A stretch of DNA of 64,000 nt, taken from positions 44,702,001 to 44,766,000 of the forward strand of contig NC_092346.1 in assembly GCF_963676685.1 (NCBI RefSeq), written 5' to 3'. The stretch comes from Mytilus edulis. Lineage: Eukaryota. A model generated the notes under the pieces. That model saw only the letters and a program-made list of their open reading frames with translations. It was not told where the DNA came from and searched no databases. A program made the translations under genes and the position numbers. Shown piece after piece: positions 35,117-47,911 of this stretch. Position 1 is the stretch's first letter. Every line of letters starts with the position of its first letter.

Positions 35117-38100
35117 ATGGGTGAGTTACACTATATTCTTTATTCATTAACATGCATTATCTTGTCCGTTTCTTCTTTAACTATACAATATTCCATCGAC
35201 ATCTGATGGCGACATACTGCTGCATACCAATATGTTTTTCATTTCTTTAAAAGGAACATCCAGAAAAAAACAAAGGCTTGTGTCATAAAAACCAAATAAA
35301 AAAAGTAATTCAAATAGCTTTTAAAAACGTTTCTGAAGCATGCATACCATTTAACAGCTATTGTGCCAATAAAAAAAAAATAGACTGATACCAGAAACAC
35401 TGCGTCTGATATTTTCTCGATACTAATTCTTCATCTACTGTTTCTGATATTTTCTCGATACTTATGCTTCACCTCCTGCTTCTGATAATTTCTCGATACT
35501 CTTGCTTCAAATACTGCTTCTGATATTTTCTCGATACCCATGCTTCCCCTACTGCTTCTGATATTTTCTCCATACTCATGCTTCACCTACTGCTTCTGAT
35601 ATTTTCTCGATACTCATGCTTCACCTCCTGCTTCTGATATTTTCTCGATACTCATGCTCACCTACTGCTTCTGATATTTTTCTCGAAACGTATGCTTCAC
35701 CTACTGATTCTGACATTTTCTCGATACTCTTGCTTACCTACTGCTTTTGATATTTTTCTCGAAACGTATGCTTCACCTACTGCTTCTGTCATTTTCTCGA
35801 TGCTCATGCTTTGTCTACTGTTTCTGATATTTTCTCGATACTCATGCTTCACCTACTGTTTCTGATATTTTTTCTCGAAACTCATGCTTCACCTCCTGCT
35901 TCTGATATTTTCTCGATACTCATGCTTCACCTCCTGCTTCTGATATTTTCTCGATACTCATGCTTCACCTCCTGCTTCTGATAATTTCTCGATATTCTTG
36001 CTTCACCTCTTGCTTCTGATATTTTCTCGATGCTCATGCTTTATCTACTGCTTCTGATATTTTCTCGATACCCATGCTTCACCTACTGCTTCTGATATTT
36101 TCTCGATGCTCATGCTTCACCTACTGCTTCTGATATTTTCTCGATACCCATGCTTCACCTACTGCTTCTGATATTTTCTCGATATTCTTGCTTCACCTAC
36201 TGCTTCTGATATTTTCTCGATACTCATGCTTCACCTCCTGCTTCTGATATTTTCTCGATACCCATGCTTCACCTACTGCTTCTGATATTTTCTCGATGCT
36301 CATGCTTCACCTACTGCTTCTGATATTTTCTCGATACCCATGCTTCACCTACTGCTTCTGATATTTTCTCGATATTCTTGCTTCACCTACTGCTTCTGAT
36401 ATTTTCTCGAAACTCGTGCTTCATCTACTGCTTCTGATATTTTCACGATACTAATGTTATGCTATGAAGATGGTCTATTTTCAATATTCATTTCATTTTG
36501 TGTCTGTATACAATAAGAAACGAGAGTGTTCTCTTTGAAATTTTCTGTGAATAGTTTTTATTCCGTAAAGAATATTTTTATGTGAGATGCTATAGCCAGC
36601 AAATTCTATTATTTCACATTAGATATTTATAGTACTCACACGACTTGGTACAAACACCAAAAATAAGATAAGAGGTGAGCTATTTGGACTTTCGTGCTTC
36701 TTGTTCTATTATAGTTGAGTTATCATGACAAAGTTATGAAATACAGTTTGCCGAACATGGCGGTAAACATTCAGTTTCATTGGACAAACAAATCCTGTTT
36801 GTTTTATTATTCATTTTTACTAAATAAATACTGCTGAAAGTTTTATATAGTTAAAAATATTTGAATTGCATACTCTGGTATTTCCCGTTTGCATGAGGTT
36901 TTTTTCAATAGTAATATGTTCCTTCTTAGTCTAATCTAGAAGGTCATATAACCTCCTTATATTAATTGTTGAAACCATTTCTTTTACTATAACGTACAAA
37001 TTCTATACTGGGATAACATGTGCTATTAATAGTGTCGTAAACTGTGATGCTGTAAACAAAATAATTAGATATATTGCATATAGACACTTCACACCATGTA
37101 ACCTTTTCTTTATTAAATGCTCATTCAGTAATTTCGTGTAAGTTTTTGAGGAGTTTGACAAACAACTGTGTTGCATCCCTCCATCCTTTCAAAACAAACA
37201 CAAATAGGTCTATCCGATTTCCAATGTATCGTTATATCTTTCAGATATTCATGAGCATTGTAAACTATCTGGATATCTAATAGATATCATGAAAATCACT
37301 GGTCCTATGACACCAAATCGTAAGTATGCTCTCAAAACACGTATAGCTTTATTAAGTGGATAGAAATGACATAGCCTTTATACTAGTTTAAACATATTTA
37401 TTTATAGTGGATTTGGAAACAAGTTTTGCAACTTATATTAATCCCTTTCCACTTTGCGAATGCTGCCTTGTAGTGGGATTAGCCTTCTTTTTTCGAAATC
37501 TACAAGGGTGACTTTAACGTGCAAGAGATATGGCTCTCTCTTAACACGGGTCAGCCATTTATCGTCCCCTTCCGACGGACTATCATCGTTTCCTCAAGAC
37601 CATACTCGCAAATGGTGTCAAGGGAGAGCCGAAAATTGAGTTCCTGAAATTTTCATCCCGAACGGGAATCAAACCAGGAACCTTTGTGTTAGTAGTCTGA
37701 TGCACTAACCACTACGCCATGGCTCTCTTAGCTTTTATACTAAGCGGATAGCTTTAAATGACAAGATTAGGGTTTGATCTTGCTTCACATGTTAATATAT
37801 CCCGAAAAGTAACAATACGTATATTAGATACAAATTGATTATTTTCTGTAAAAAAAATTATAAAAGAGGGGGGGGGGGGGCAATACCTTTTTATATTAAC
37901 CTGTTTTGGCCCTTTTCAAGGTGTCGTTGACTGTTATCTGAGATAAATTTCAGCTGTTAACTGTTTTCAACCCACATTGTTAACTGTTATCAGCATTTTG
38001 AATTTGTTGTTAACTGTTTTTGCCAAAATCGATGTGTTGCTAACGTGTTAACGGACCCCCTACTGCCCTCCCTCATAAAACGCTTTTAGATTAGGAATCG

Positions 38101-41100
38101 AAGGTCACGTTTTCTTTGTTTTGTTCACACATTGTTGTCAATATATTGAATATAATGAAATTTTATACAACTGTCATACAATGGAAAGGTTTAGCTAGCT
38201 ATAAAACTAGGTTAAATTCACCATTTTCAACTTAAGGAAATGTCTGTACCATGTCAGGAATATGGCAGTTTTTACCATTCGTTGGATGTGTTTTAGCTTT
38301 TGATTTTGCCATTTGATAAGGGACTTTTCGTTTGGAATTTTCCTTGAATTTCGGTTTTTTTGTAAATTTACTTTTGAAACGAATATGATAGTGTTTTATG
38401 TTACCACGTTTTTATTACATGTACTTATACTAGTATTTAAATGTTAAATACGTTAGAGCAAACTCATACATCCTCTAAATGATGATCTCGACCAGCAACT
38501 CATATAATACTGAAAATTACTTTATAAAAGGAAGTGTAGCTTTATTAATGTCCTTCTTGCCTAATGTATTGTTTAGAACTTCAATGATTAACCAAGTAGT
38601 CAAAAAGAGGTCTGGCTCTCTTTATTATTTCAGTGCAAGACAAAGTTTAATAAACACACATTGTTTTATATTACTTTTGCATAGTGCATCTTTAGTTTAT
38701 GACAATTTTTATTCATCAACGAATAATGACTAACAAATGTTTCATTTTTCGTAATTACAGAACTGAATATGTTTCAAGTTCTAATCAGGGACCAGGAGTT
38801 TAAACAGAATATTGCAGATGCAAGAAGAATAGCACAAGAATGCTTAAGTCTGGTAAGTTTTGATTTGATGAATGATATAAATAAAGGCAACAGTAGTATA
38901 CCGGTGTTCAAAAGGTCATAAATCGAGTGAGAGACACAAATCTGGGTTACAAACTAAAACCGTGGTAAACAACTATAAGAGGCAAACAAAGGAACACCAG
39001 GAAAACTGAAGTGCAGTCAAATCAAACGCCAATATACAAAAAATGATTAGCAACTGCAATATTCTGGACTTGGTTCAGGACATTTTTGGAACAAATGGTG
39101 GGTTGAACCTGGTTTAATGGCTAGCCAAACCTCCCGCTTTATGACAATGTTTTTCTCATTTTCCAGGATTTCAATGACTACCGTTCACAGGCAGAGTTGA
39201 AGTCAGATAGGAAGTACGAATCCACCGACAAGTCAACGGGGGACAAGTTGTTGGAAGATAAAGAAACCCAAACGCAGGCTGTTCATACTGTCGATTTCTC
39301 TGTACAAACAGAAAGTGAGAATACAGTCAGCACCGAAAAGTTGACAACATTGATGGTAGATGCATTAGCTAATGTACCAGGTACTATTACACAATATACA
39401 ACTAAACTTATTACAGATGCGAAGATATGCTTACCCTCCGTTCTACGGTTAAAAGTAAAGTTGGTTTTTTAGACGTTGATTTTTTTAATATTGCCGTTGT
39501 TGTTTGTTTTCTGAGAGTGTGTTGAGATTGTGAAATAGTAATACTAATTCTTTTCTTTATTTCATAGTATGGTTTTTGTAGCACATTTTCCTATGTCAAA
39601 TACGGTATTCGATTTGTTTCTTGTTGGGGTATTTCAAGATATTTTTTTATGTTAAGCAAAAAAAAACAAAAAAAAAACAAAACACGTTTTATTCTTTTTA
39701 ATTTTTAGATCATGCAGTTGGTTATATAAAGGATTTCCTACAATTATCTCTGAAAGGAATAATCAATATTAATAGCAAAAAGGTAAGATTTTGTTATACA
39801 TATTAAAAGATAAGGACACCAGACAATATAAAAGATTAGTAAATTGTTAACGAGTAGAATAGAAAAAGTAAAATTACAAAAATACCAAACTCTGGGGAAA
39901 ATTCACAATGGAAAGTCCGTAATCAAATGGCAACACCAAAAGCTCAAACACACCAAACGAATGGCAGAAATACTGTTAAGACATCTAACAAAAGGAACAA
40001 ATCACAACTGGAAGCACTATTAGAAGAGACTTAAATAGAAAGCAGATAGTATTAAAATAAAGGCAACATTAGTATACCGCTGTTCGCAATTGAGAGATAA
40101 AAAACAAGAATGTGTCCTCAGTACACGAATGCCCCACTCGCACTATCATTTTCTATGTTCAGTGGACCGTGAAATTGGGGTAAAATCTCTAATTTGGCAT
40201 TAAAATTAGAAAGATCATATCATAGGGAACATGTGTACCAAGTTTGAAGTCGATTGGACTTCAACTTCATCAAAAACTACCTCGACCAAAAACTTTAACC
40301 TGAAGCGGGACAGACGGACGAACGAACGAACGAACGAACGGACGAACGAACGAACGAACGGACGAACGAACGAACGGACGCACAGACCAAAAAACATAAT
40401 GCCCCTCTACTATCATAGGTGGGGCATAAAAACAAATCCGGGCTACAAACTAAAACTGAGGGAAACACATCAACTATAAGAGAACAACGACACCACAAAA
40501 ACACTAAAATGCAACTAACACAGAAACACATTCTAGACTCTGTAATCGTTACAAAATAAGACTTAAAATACTTCTTTGGTCGTACCTTTGATTAGAGTAT
40601 ATGATCCCATGGAGAGATCCATATGTAGAAAAAATTTAATAAAATGCTAGCATAGATTTTATTTGCGTTTGATTGACATGTATCCAACAACTCATTTAAT
40701 TCATACAAATCTGTTGGTTGCATTTTAGACAAATCTGATTGACCAGCCATGTCAAAGATGCCATTGCAATGTATTCAGTAAACCAAACTATGACAACATT
40801 GATTTTGAAATGCGGATGGAACCAGTAGCTGCTAACATAATTGATGTTTGTACAAATCAAATGGAGAACATCGCACGAAACATCTTCGAAGAAATGATGT
40901 ACGACCATTTCGACCATACCCATGAGTGGAACGGAAACCAGTTAGCTACCTCAATGCCACCAAGTACCAAATATCATGCATCAGGAAGCAACATTTATGT
41001 GCCTAACGTTCAAAGAGGCGACTGCACTCCCACCGAATCCTGCATGTCACATCCTTCAGAATTTTCTTATTATACGACCATTAGTGCTGTTCCATACAAC

Positions 41101-44100
41101 TGGGCAGCCAATGCCCCAGACCCATATTCTGATTTGGCAGACGATGAGTATTTTAGAGAAAATCTGTTTGTGCCCAAATTAGACCTTTCTTATATGAATG
41201 AAAATCCTCCTGTAATTTCTGACACAGACAGTTCTATGTTGTCGCTCAGCTCCTGTGAGTCAGAAGGAGCTTTCAAGAACTGGCTTAAAAGGAACGACAT
41301 GTATGAATCAGAAGATACAAGCAGTGTATCCTTGTCGATTTATAACGTTCCAAGCGGTAAGAATAGTTCCAGTGATAATGAAGGCGTTAAAATGTAAAAT
41401 ATTCTCGTGTGCCCTACGGCTTACGTTATTCCAATTATTCCTGGGTTTATATTTTAAATTGAATGAATAATGATTTCTTTTTCGACATTCATTTTCTGTC
41501 TTTATTTGATACTAGTATTCCAAAATATTATGTAACAGTTTCTTGTTTGGCATACATTTTTTCTTTCTTGATTAGGCATTAATAAAGACAAACACTTTTC
41601 AGTAGCTATTCTCGATCAGTTTTTTTCAATTATTTTCGTAAGTATAGCTTATTATATTTTTTTTTATAGAAGATAATTTCAATGAAAAAGAACAGGCTGT
41701 TGTCAAACGCAGAATTCTTGAAAGAGTAAATGAAAAAATTAAACCAGGCTACGAATCAGAAATAGCTGAGATTTTTACCGAACATGATAGATATAAGCAA
41801 GAAGAAACAAGAAGAAGTGACGTATCCATGGGTTTTGTTCAGGCGAACATCGACGTAACATCAGCAGAAGTGAATGATTTTACAAAACCGAAAGGTAATT
41901 ATATATATATCGATATTTAACAAAAGTGATGCTTGTCCCTTTTTCTCCATGTAAATACAAAATGATACATGTCATAGTTACTTTTTTAAAGTTTAAAAAA
42001 AAATATATATATATTTACCATTTGAAAGAAGAACAAAAAGAAAAAAAAATCACTTTCAAGCATTACATAACTTTATAATTTTTAGAATTTTTTTTGCAGA
42101 GTCCCAAGATATCCTTCAAGCTACTGAAACAAAAGATGAAGCTTCAGAAGGAAGTATGACAGAGCATCAAAGTCGTGATATAGAATTTATAGATGAATCT
42201 GATAGAGAAAGAAGAGTAATCAAAGCGGCTAAATGGGTTCTGGCCGTTGACACTTTCATGCAACGAAAAAAAGAACTAAAAGAAAGCGAGAGATTATTCA
42301 GGATCGAACACTTGAGATATTTTGACTTAGAATCAAGTCGTTCAAGTATGTCAGGCTGTTCAAATTTTGAACAACAGTCAATGTTTAAATCGGACATTTC
42401 CCAGGACAAAAGAGATAGTTTAGGTACTAGAATGGGAGATAAGGAATTCTATGAAGAGCAGCTAAAATCGGACACTTCTCAGGACAAAAAAGACAATTTA
42501 GGTACTAGCATAAGAGATAAGAGATGCAATGAAGAGCAGATAAAATTATCAGATACCATAGAAGACAATAAACAAATGAAAGAAATAGTTGACCAGAAAA
42601 GTAACATCTTGTCTAACAGTGATTGTGTCAGTTTAGATTCTATGGATATAGACATAGCATCTATCTTGGGGAGTGATTTTGGTAAAGGCGAGGGAGATAC
42701 CGTCAATGCTAAAATTTTAGAATCTGTGTCTTTAAATGAAGCACCAAAACCTGTCGAACCAGTGGAAAGACCTTTATTTAGAAAACCACCTTTGCCACCC
42801 AATGCATATTTGAGAATACAAGCTATTCTCAGAGAAAAGGCTAAACAAAAAGATATTGAGGATAGTGAAAACGAAGAATCGACTGAAAGCACCAATAATG
42901 TAACTTTAAATAGAAAAAGAAGATGCAATGATGAATACAGTGATGATGAAACAGATAGCTTCACTTCAGAAACAGATTGTTCTGATAATTATCTTTATGA
43001 ATCAGATTTCAGTGAAGAAACTCATGAGAGTGACAGTTTCTGTAGTGGTGATGAACCAGATAATGGAAACAACGAAATGAATGATATCATAAAGGACAGT
43101 AACATAAAGCAAGGGTTAATAACACATGAAAACGCAAAAGGTTGGTTTACATATTACATATGGTTTGGGCTCTTTGGTTGGGTAGTTGTTTGTTTAACCC
43201 ATTCCCCAAAACTCAATCCCAGCCTTTCCTCTGTGATTTGGATCCTTGTGGTACAATTTCAGAAAGATCCATACAATAACGCCAGATTCCATTAACTGTT
43301 GGAACCCCGAAAATATATCCCAACCTTCCTTTTGTGATTTCAAACCTTGTATTTAAATTTCATACAGATCCATTCACTTAAACTAAAATTATTGTCCAGA
43401 AACCAAGTGTCTTCGACAAGGCGGACGACGACGACCAATACCGGTATACGACCCGAAATATTTTTGCTTGCAGTTGCATAACAAGACACAATATAGAAAC
43501 TAAAGCTTAGCAACAAAATTCACATCAAAACTGGGGGTTATCTCAGGTGCTCCGGAAGGGTGACAGGATCTGCTCCACATGCGGCATCTACCGTTAAAAT
43601 GAAATTATATTGTTCTTGGTACGGTAATTATTGAGATAATGTCTCACAAAAAAATTTAAACGCATCTCATTGCATTAATGCATGAAACAATTTCTGAAGA
43701 AAAAGTTTAACTAAAAGTGTCATTTTTAAAACAAATTTATTTCATTTGTTGTTTCAGGAAGCAAACAATGTTTTCAGGATATATACACACAGAAAGATTT
43801 TTCAACTGCCAAAGGTGATCTTTTCCCGGAGAATGAATATTCAGAAAAATTATCTGCATCCGTGAAAATTGAAACTAAAAACAATGCAAATAAGCATGAT
43901 ATAAAAGAATCAAACATACGAATGCCAATAGAACAGAATAAAAAGGCTTCCACTACAGAATCTCAATTTATTAGCAACATTGGTGGTGATGGAAACACTG
44001 GGTTGTATGTCAGGAAAGAAAATTCGTTCAAACTGACTAAATACAAGAACGACAACGAACGTTGTAGAGGGTTTGCCGAACCGAGCGCAACCAACCTGGA

Positions 44101-44302
44101 TGATATGGTAGCAAATGAAACTGAAATATTCAAATTCTCAAAAATTCACAGCAACACTGAGAGTGTTGACCAAAAAGTGTCATTACATCTGGATGTATCA
44201 AACATACCAATATCAACTAAAAGTCAGAGTGAAACTGGTACGAGTGGGATGTCTGTAAGGCAAAGACGAATTGGACATAATAATCTTTTGAGAAAAAAAT
44301 GA
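35117..44302 (+). CDS. Uncharacterised acidic low-complexity protein, copy B (9 coding exons, 965 aa predicted)
   Basis: Exons 35117-35120 (ATGG|gtgagt), 37245-37319, 38761-38852, 39167-39380, 39709-39782, 40729-41356, 41670-41894, 42100-43140 and 43758-44302. All introns are GT-AG with consistent phases; total 2898 nt with no internal stop. Begins MDIHEHCKLSGYLIDIMKITGPMTPNQLNMFQVLIRDQEF. No domain recognised. Confidence 0.75.
35401..36455. repeat. 38-bp minisatellite, ~28 copies, in intron 1 of copy B
   Basis: Consensus CCTACTGCTTCTGATATTTTCTCGATACTCATGCTTCA. Confidence 0.95.
37386..37728 (-). mobile_element. tRNA-derived SINE with TSD
   Basis: Minus-strand head GAGCCATGGCGTAGTGGTTAG (A box) ... 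GGTTTGATTCC (B box). TSD TAGCCTTTATACTA / TAGCTTTTATACTA (37372-37385, 37729-37742). Absent from copy A (~4250). Confidence 0.85.
40103..40430 (+). mobile_element. HINE/pearl-like non-autonomous element with (GAAC/GGAC)n microsatellite
   Basis: Microsatellite 40310-40380 is followed by the 3' palindrome ATGCCCC..CTA..TAG..GGGGCAT. It interrupts a copy of the AAAGGCAACA.TAGTATACCG repeat. Confidence 0.65.
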
Positions 44303-45133
44303 AGGTATGTTCTTGCCGAAATACGAAATTTTGTCAATAGACACTCAGATCAAATAGTAATAAAGCCAAACAAGTACAAAGTTTAAGAGCATTGATGACC
44401 ACAGGCACTCGTCTCAGAATATTTTTTTTCCCCTATATACCTTTATAAAGATATATAGGGAAAAATCGAAAAATTTTGTAACCGGAAATTTATAAAAATT
44501 ACCATATAATTGATATTCATGTCAACATTCAACATAATTAAAAGATTTTAATCAATAAATATGGTTTTAACCAACAAAAATCACATTGAACAATAAAGAA
44601 GATCGTGTTAACAGCTAATAAAAACTTCGTCAATCTTCTGTCAGGAAGGTTAACATCTTACGAAATATACTCCTATTAGACCTAAATTAGTCAATTTATA
44701 CGAATCCAAAATCAAATCTTCTGTATAGAGATAGTTAATTTACGTTTTTTTCTCTCTCAAAATACAAATCACGGCAAATATAGAGAAAATTAATCATGAT
44801 ATGTATATTAGCTCAAGCACAAAGTTTCGGATCATAGACCTTATGGAAGACAAGCACACAATGTATAAAAATCAAACAAAATGCCAGTTTGTTTATCAAA
44901 CACAGACATATTATATAGTTGTGCAGACAATCTAAGAAGGTCAAAATAAACTATATAATTCTATGTTGAATCCAAGGACGTATGTTAGTTATACGTCCTT
45001 GGTTGAAACACACAAAAAACAAACTCTAAACTGAAAGCAGTTCGGACATTTACATGATATTTGAAATCAGATGACTGAGAATTAATCATTTAAGAATATT
45101 ATCATTTATTTTTGCAACATTTATAATTCACAG

Positions 45134-45270
45134 ATGAAAACAAAAAGAAAATGCTGATTAAACGGAAAAACAACATCGAATTTGATAAATCAGAAGCACA
45201 AGAACAGAAAAATACCAAAATGTTACTGGCAGTGATGGTGTATCAACTGTGAGTTCTGCTTCATGGGCAT
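45134..45270 (+). other. Degenerate terminal exon 10 of copy B (probably now 3' UTR)
   Basis: Acceptor ttcacag at 45133; homologous to 11372-11497 but frameshifted and truncated. Confidence 0.6.
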
Positions 45271-47911
45271 CATGGCAACAACACGAGATGGATCACAACT
45301 TTTTATATGGCATATGCTTGTATGTCTTATGATACAGTAAGCCACCTGAGAGAATCCTGTTTTATACTCGGTAGTTTACTTTATTAACACTTAAATACAG
45401 TATATGACTCCTGGAGCACCTGATTTACAGGCTCCTGACTTGGGACAGGCACATACATAAATAATGTGGTCTATATTGTTGTTTATTTTTCATTCTCAAC
45501 TTTTTTTCCCAAAGTGTTGTCCATCCTTGGACTAAAGAAATATCATTTTACTATAGATTCAAACGAAAGATCTGATTCAGGATAACTTAATATTGTATTT
45601 AAATGATATGCAAGGAGGAAACAAGTGTTTGCATTAATTTTTGTGTTTATGTTCATGTTGTAATATAAAACAAATGGGGATTCATTTTATTCAATTTTTG
45701 ACTTTATTGTTCTTTTTTTTTTAATAAAAATCTGTTATAAACTTTTTTCCCAAAGAGTTATTTATCCTTGGACTAACGAAATATCAGTAAAGTATTAACT
45801 CAACGAAATAACTTATTCAAACATGCATCAAGATGTGCATGTATTTAGGAGTTGGAAATTGATATACACATATGTAGGTCAGCGTAAAACCTTTAACAAT
45901 GAACACAACCCATACATTATTGTAAGCTATTATAGACCTCCACATGACAAAGACGACGTGAAACAATTCAAATGAGAAAATTAATAGATTGATGATAAAA
46001 CAATAAAGGAAAAAAATATGACAAATAAAAACCATCGAATCGCAATATCCTGACTAGGACAGACACATATATAATATGGCGAGGGGATACATGTCATAGT
46101 TGTGGGCTTTAAATTCCTTTTCCCTTGTTTTTGCAATATTTTATGTCAAATAAATGCAAATAATTGCCATGAATACACAAAAAAGAAATAATATATCTGA
46201 ATATAAAATCTATGGATGATACTGATTACATACATATGCACACATATGACACAAATTTTATGAGAGTAAATTTTAGTATTTGATCCTAACTGTATAATAC
46301 ATGTGTTTGTTAAATTTTATATTTCCTTTTTGTGCTTCTTTGTTATATATTTGTGTTTTGTTCTGATTTAGATTGTGACATGGTGATGATGGATGCATCC
46401 CTATTTTGACAATTTAACCTATTTTGTCTGTTTTTTCACACATTGTTATAAATATATTGGAATTTGATGCGACTGTCATACAAGTGAGAGGTTTAGAGCT
46501 ATAAAACCAGGTTCAATCCACCATTTTCTACATTTGAGAATGCCTGTAACAAGTCAGGAATATGACATTTGTTATCCATTCATTTGATGTGTTTTATCAT
46601 TTGATTTTGCCATTTGATTAGGGACTTTCCGTTTTGAATTTTCCTAGTTCAGTTTTTTTTGTTATTTCAAATTTTGCTAAGCCAAGGAAAATTGAGAAGT
46701 GTCTGCGGGAGAGCTTGTTGTGAATTGACCCGAGTTTGGACAAAAATGATACCCCTTCAAATCTGGCTAGACTAAATTAGAGCATAAAATCTGAAGGGCA
46801 ATCGAAACCCTTGGTGTAAAAGACATGGTCATATCTGACATATCCCTACAAATACAATAAACTAGACTAGGGGTTGCCTGAAGAAGGCTCCTTGAAAAAA
46901 TCATAGCATTTCCTTCTGTGCAACCAACACTGTCATTATCTGAAGAAGCACTTCAGTTTTCGAGAAAGTCAGCTTTTAGGATTCTGGGTGCCAAGAAACA
47001 GAATCATCTACGCCAGATGTCTCGGAGGTCTGGGAGGGTCCGGAGATTTTTTCATTTGAAAAATAATATACAAAAATAAACATTATTATAACAGAATTGC
47101 ATTTTATTTTTCAGTTTTAATAATGCAAAATATAACATGTACATAGATATTGTCTTCATAAAAATGCTTATCAATAGGAAGTGTATTTATTCCTCTACAT
47201 TGTAGTCAACTAACAACCATTATTTACATATCATATATGATTGCGATTTGACTTCTAACAATACAGCACCAGTTACTACTTCTGTTTGGTATCTCTGTCC
47301 ATTTTGGGTGGAATAAGACAAAATATTTGGCTAACATTACGGTGACCTATAGTTGTTAATTTCTATGTCATTTTGGTCTCTTGTGGAGAGTTGTCTCATT
47401 GGCAATCATATCACATCTTTTTTATATTGTAAATATGTTTCATGATTCATTGCTGTTTACAATGTTTGATTGAAGATTCAAGGGATATTTGACCTTAGAG
47501 TGAAAATTATTAAATTACCCGGTATATTTAGATATATAAATGTGATATGATCATGAATTTTGATTACATCTGGACTCTTACAAAGATTTATTAATTTGTA
47601 GTGTTTATCACCACTTTCAGCGCTCTTTGCTCTATCATGGCATACATATTATCTTGGAGGAGGAGGCTGTAAAGCCTAAAGATAACCATTGACCTTGGGC
47701 AGGAAAAATAGCAATCCTATTCAATTAAGATCATAGTCAAATGCAGACATGCAGGATTCAAACTCACAAAGTTCATGTAGTTAGACTGCACTTTCAATGG
47801 GCCAGATTATTAATGTTCTAACTCACAAATAGCAACAGTATTATATCAACAAATTTTGGCTCATTATTCTAGTTAACCAGACTTTGCTGTACTAGAAAAA
47901 CAAAGGATATG

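Noticed and set aside
35401-36455. Regular 38-bp repeats resembling a CRISPR array
   Set aside because: Units are contiguous with no unique spacers, there are no cas genes, and the context is a eukaryotic intron. It is a minisatellite.
37650-37725. tRNA gene on the minus strand
   Set aside because: A and B boxes are present but there is no proper acceptor stem, and it is followed by a SINE body and flanked by a TSD.
40215-40531. ORFs with RSFV/TNER repeats
   Set aside because: They result from the (GAAC)n microsatellite.
42479-42964. Antisense ORFs opposite the acidic-protein exons (also 2727-3050 and 10158-10502)
   Set aside because: Shadow ORFs of biased coding sequence on the other strand.
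46680-47040. Possible decayed retroelement fragment
   Set aside because: No diagnostic motif could be read by eye.
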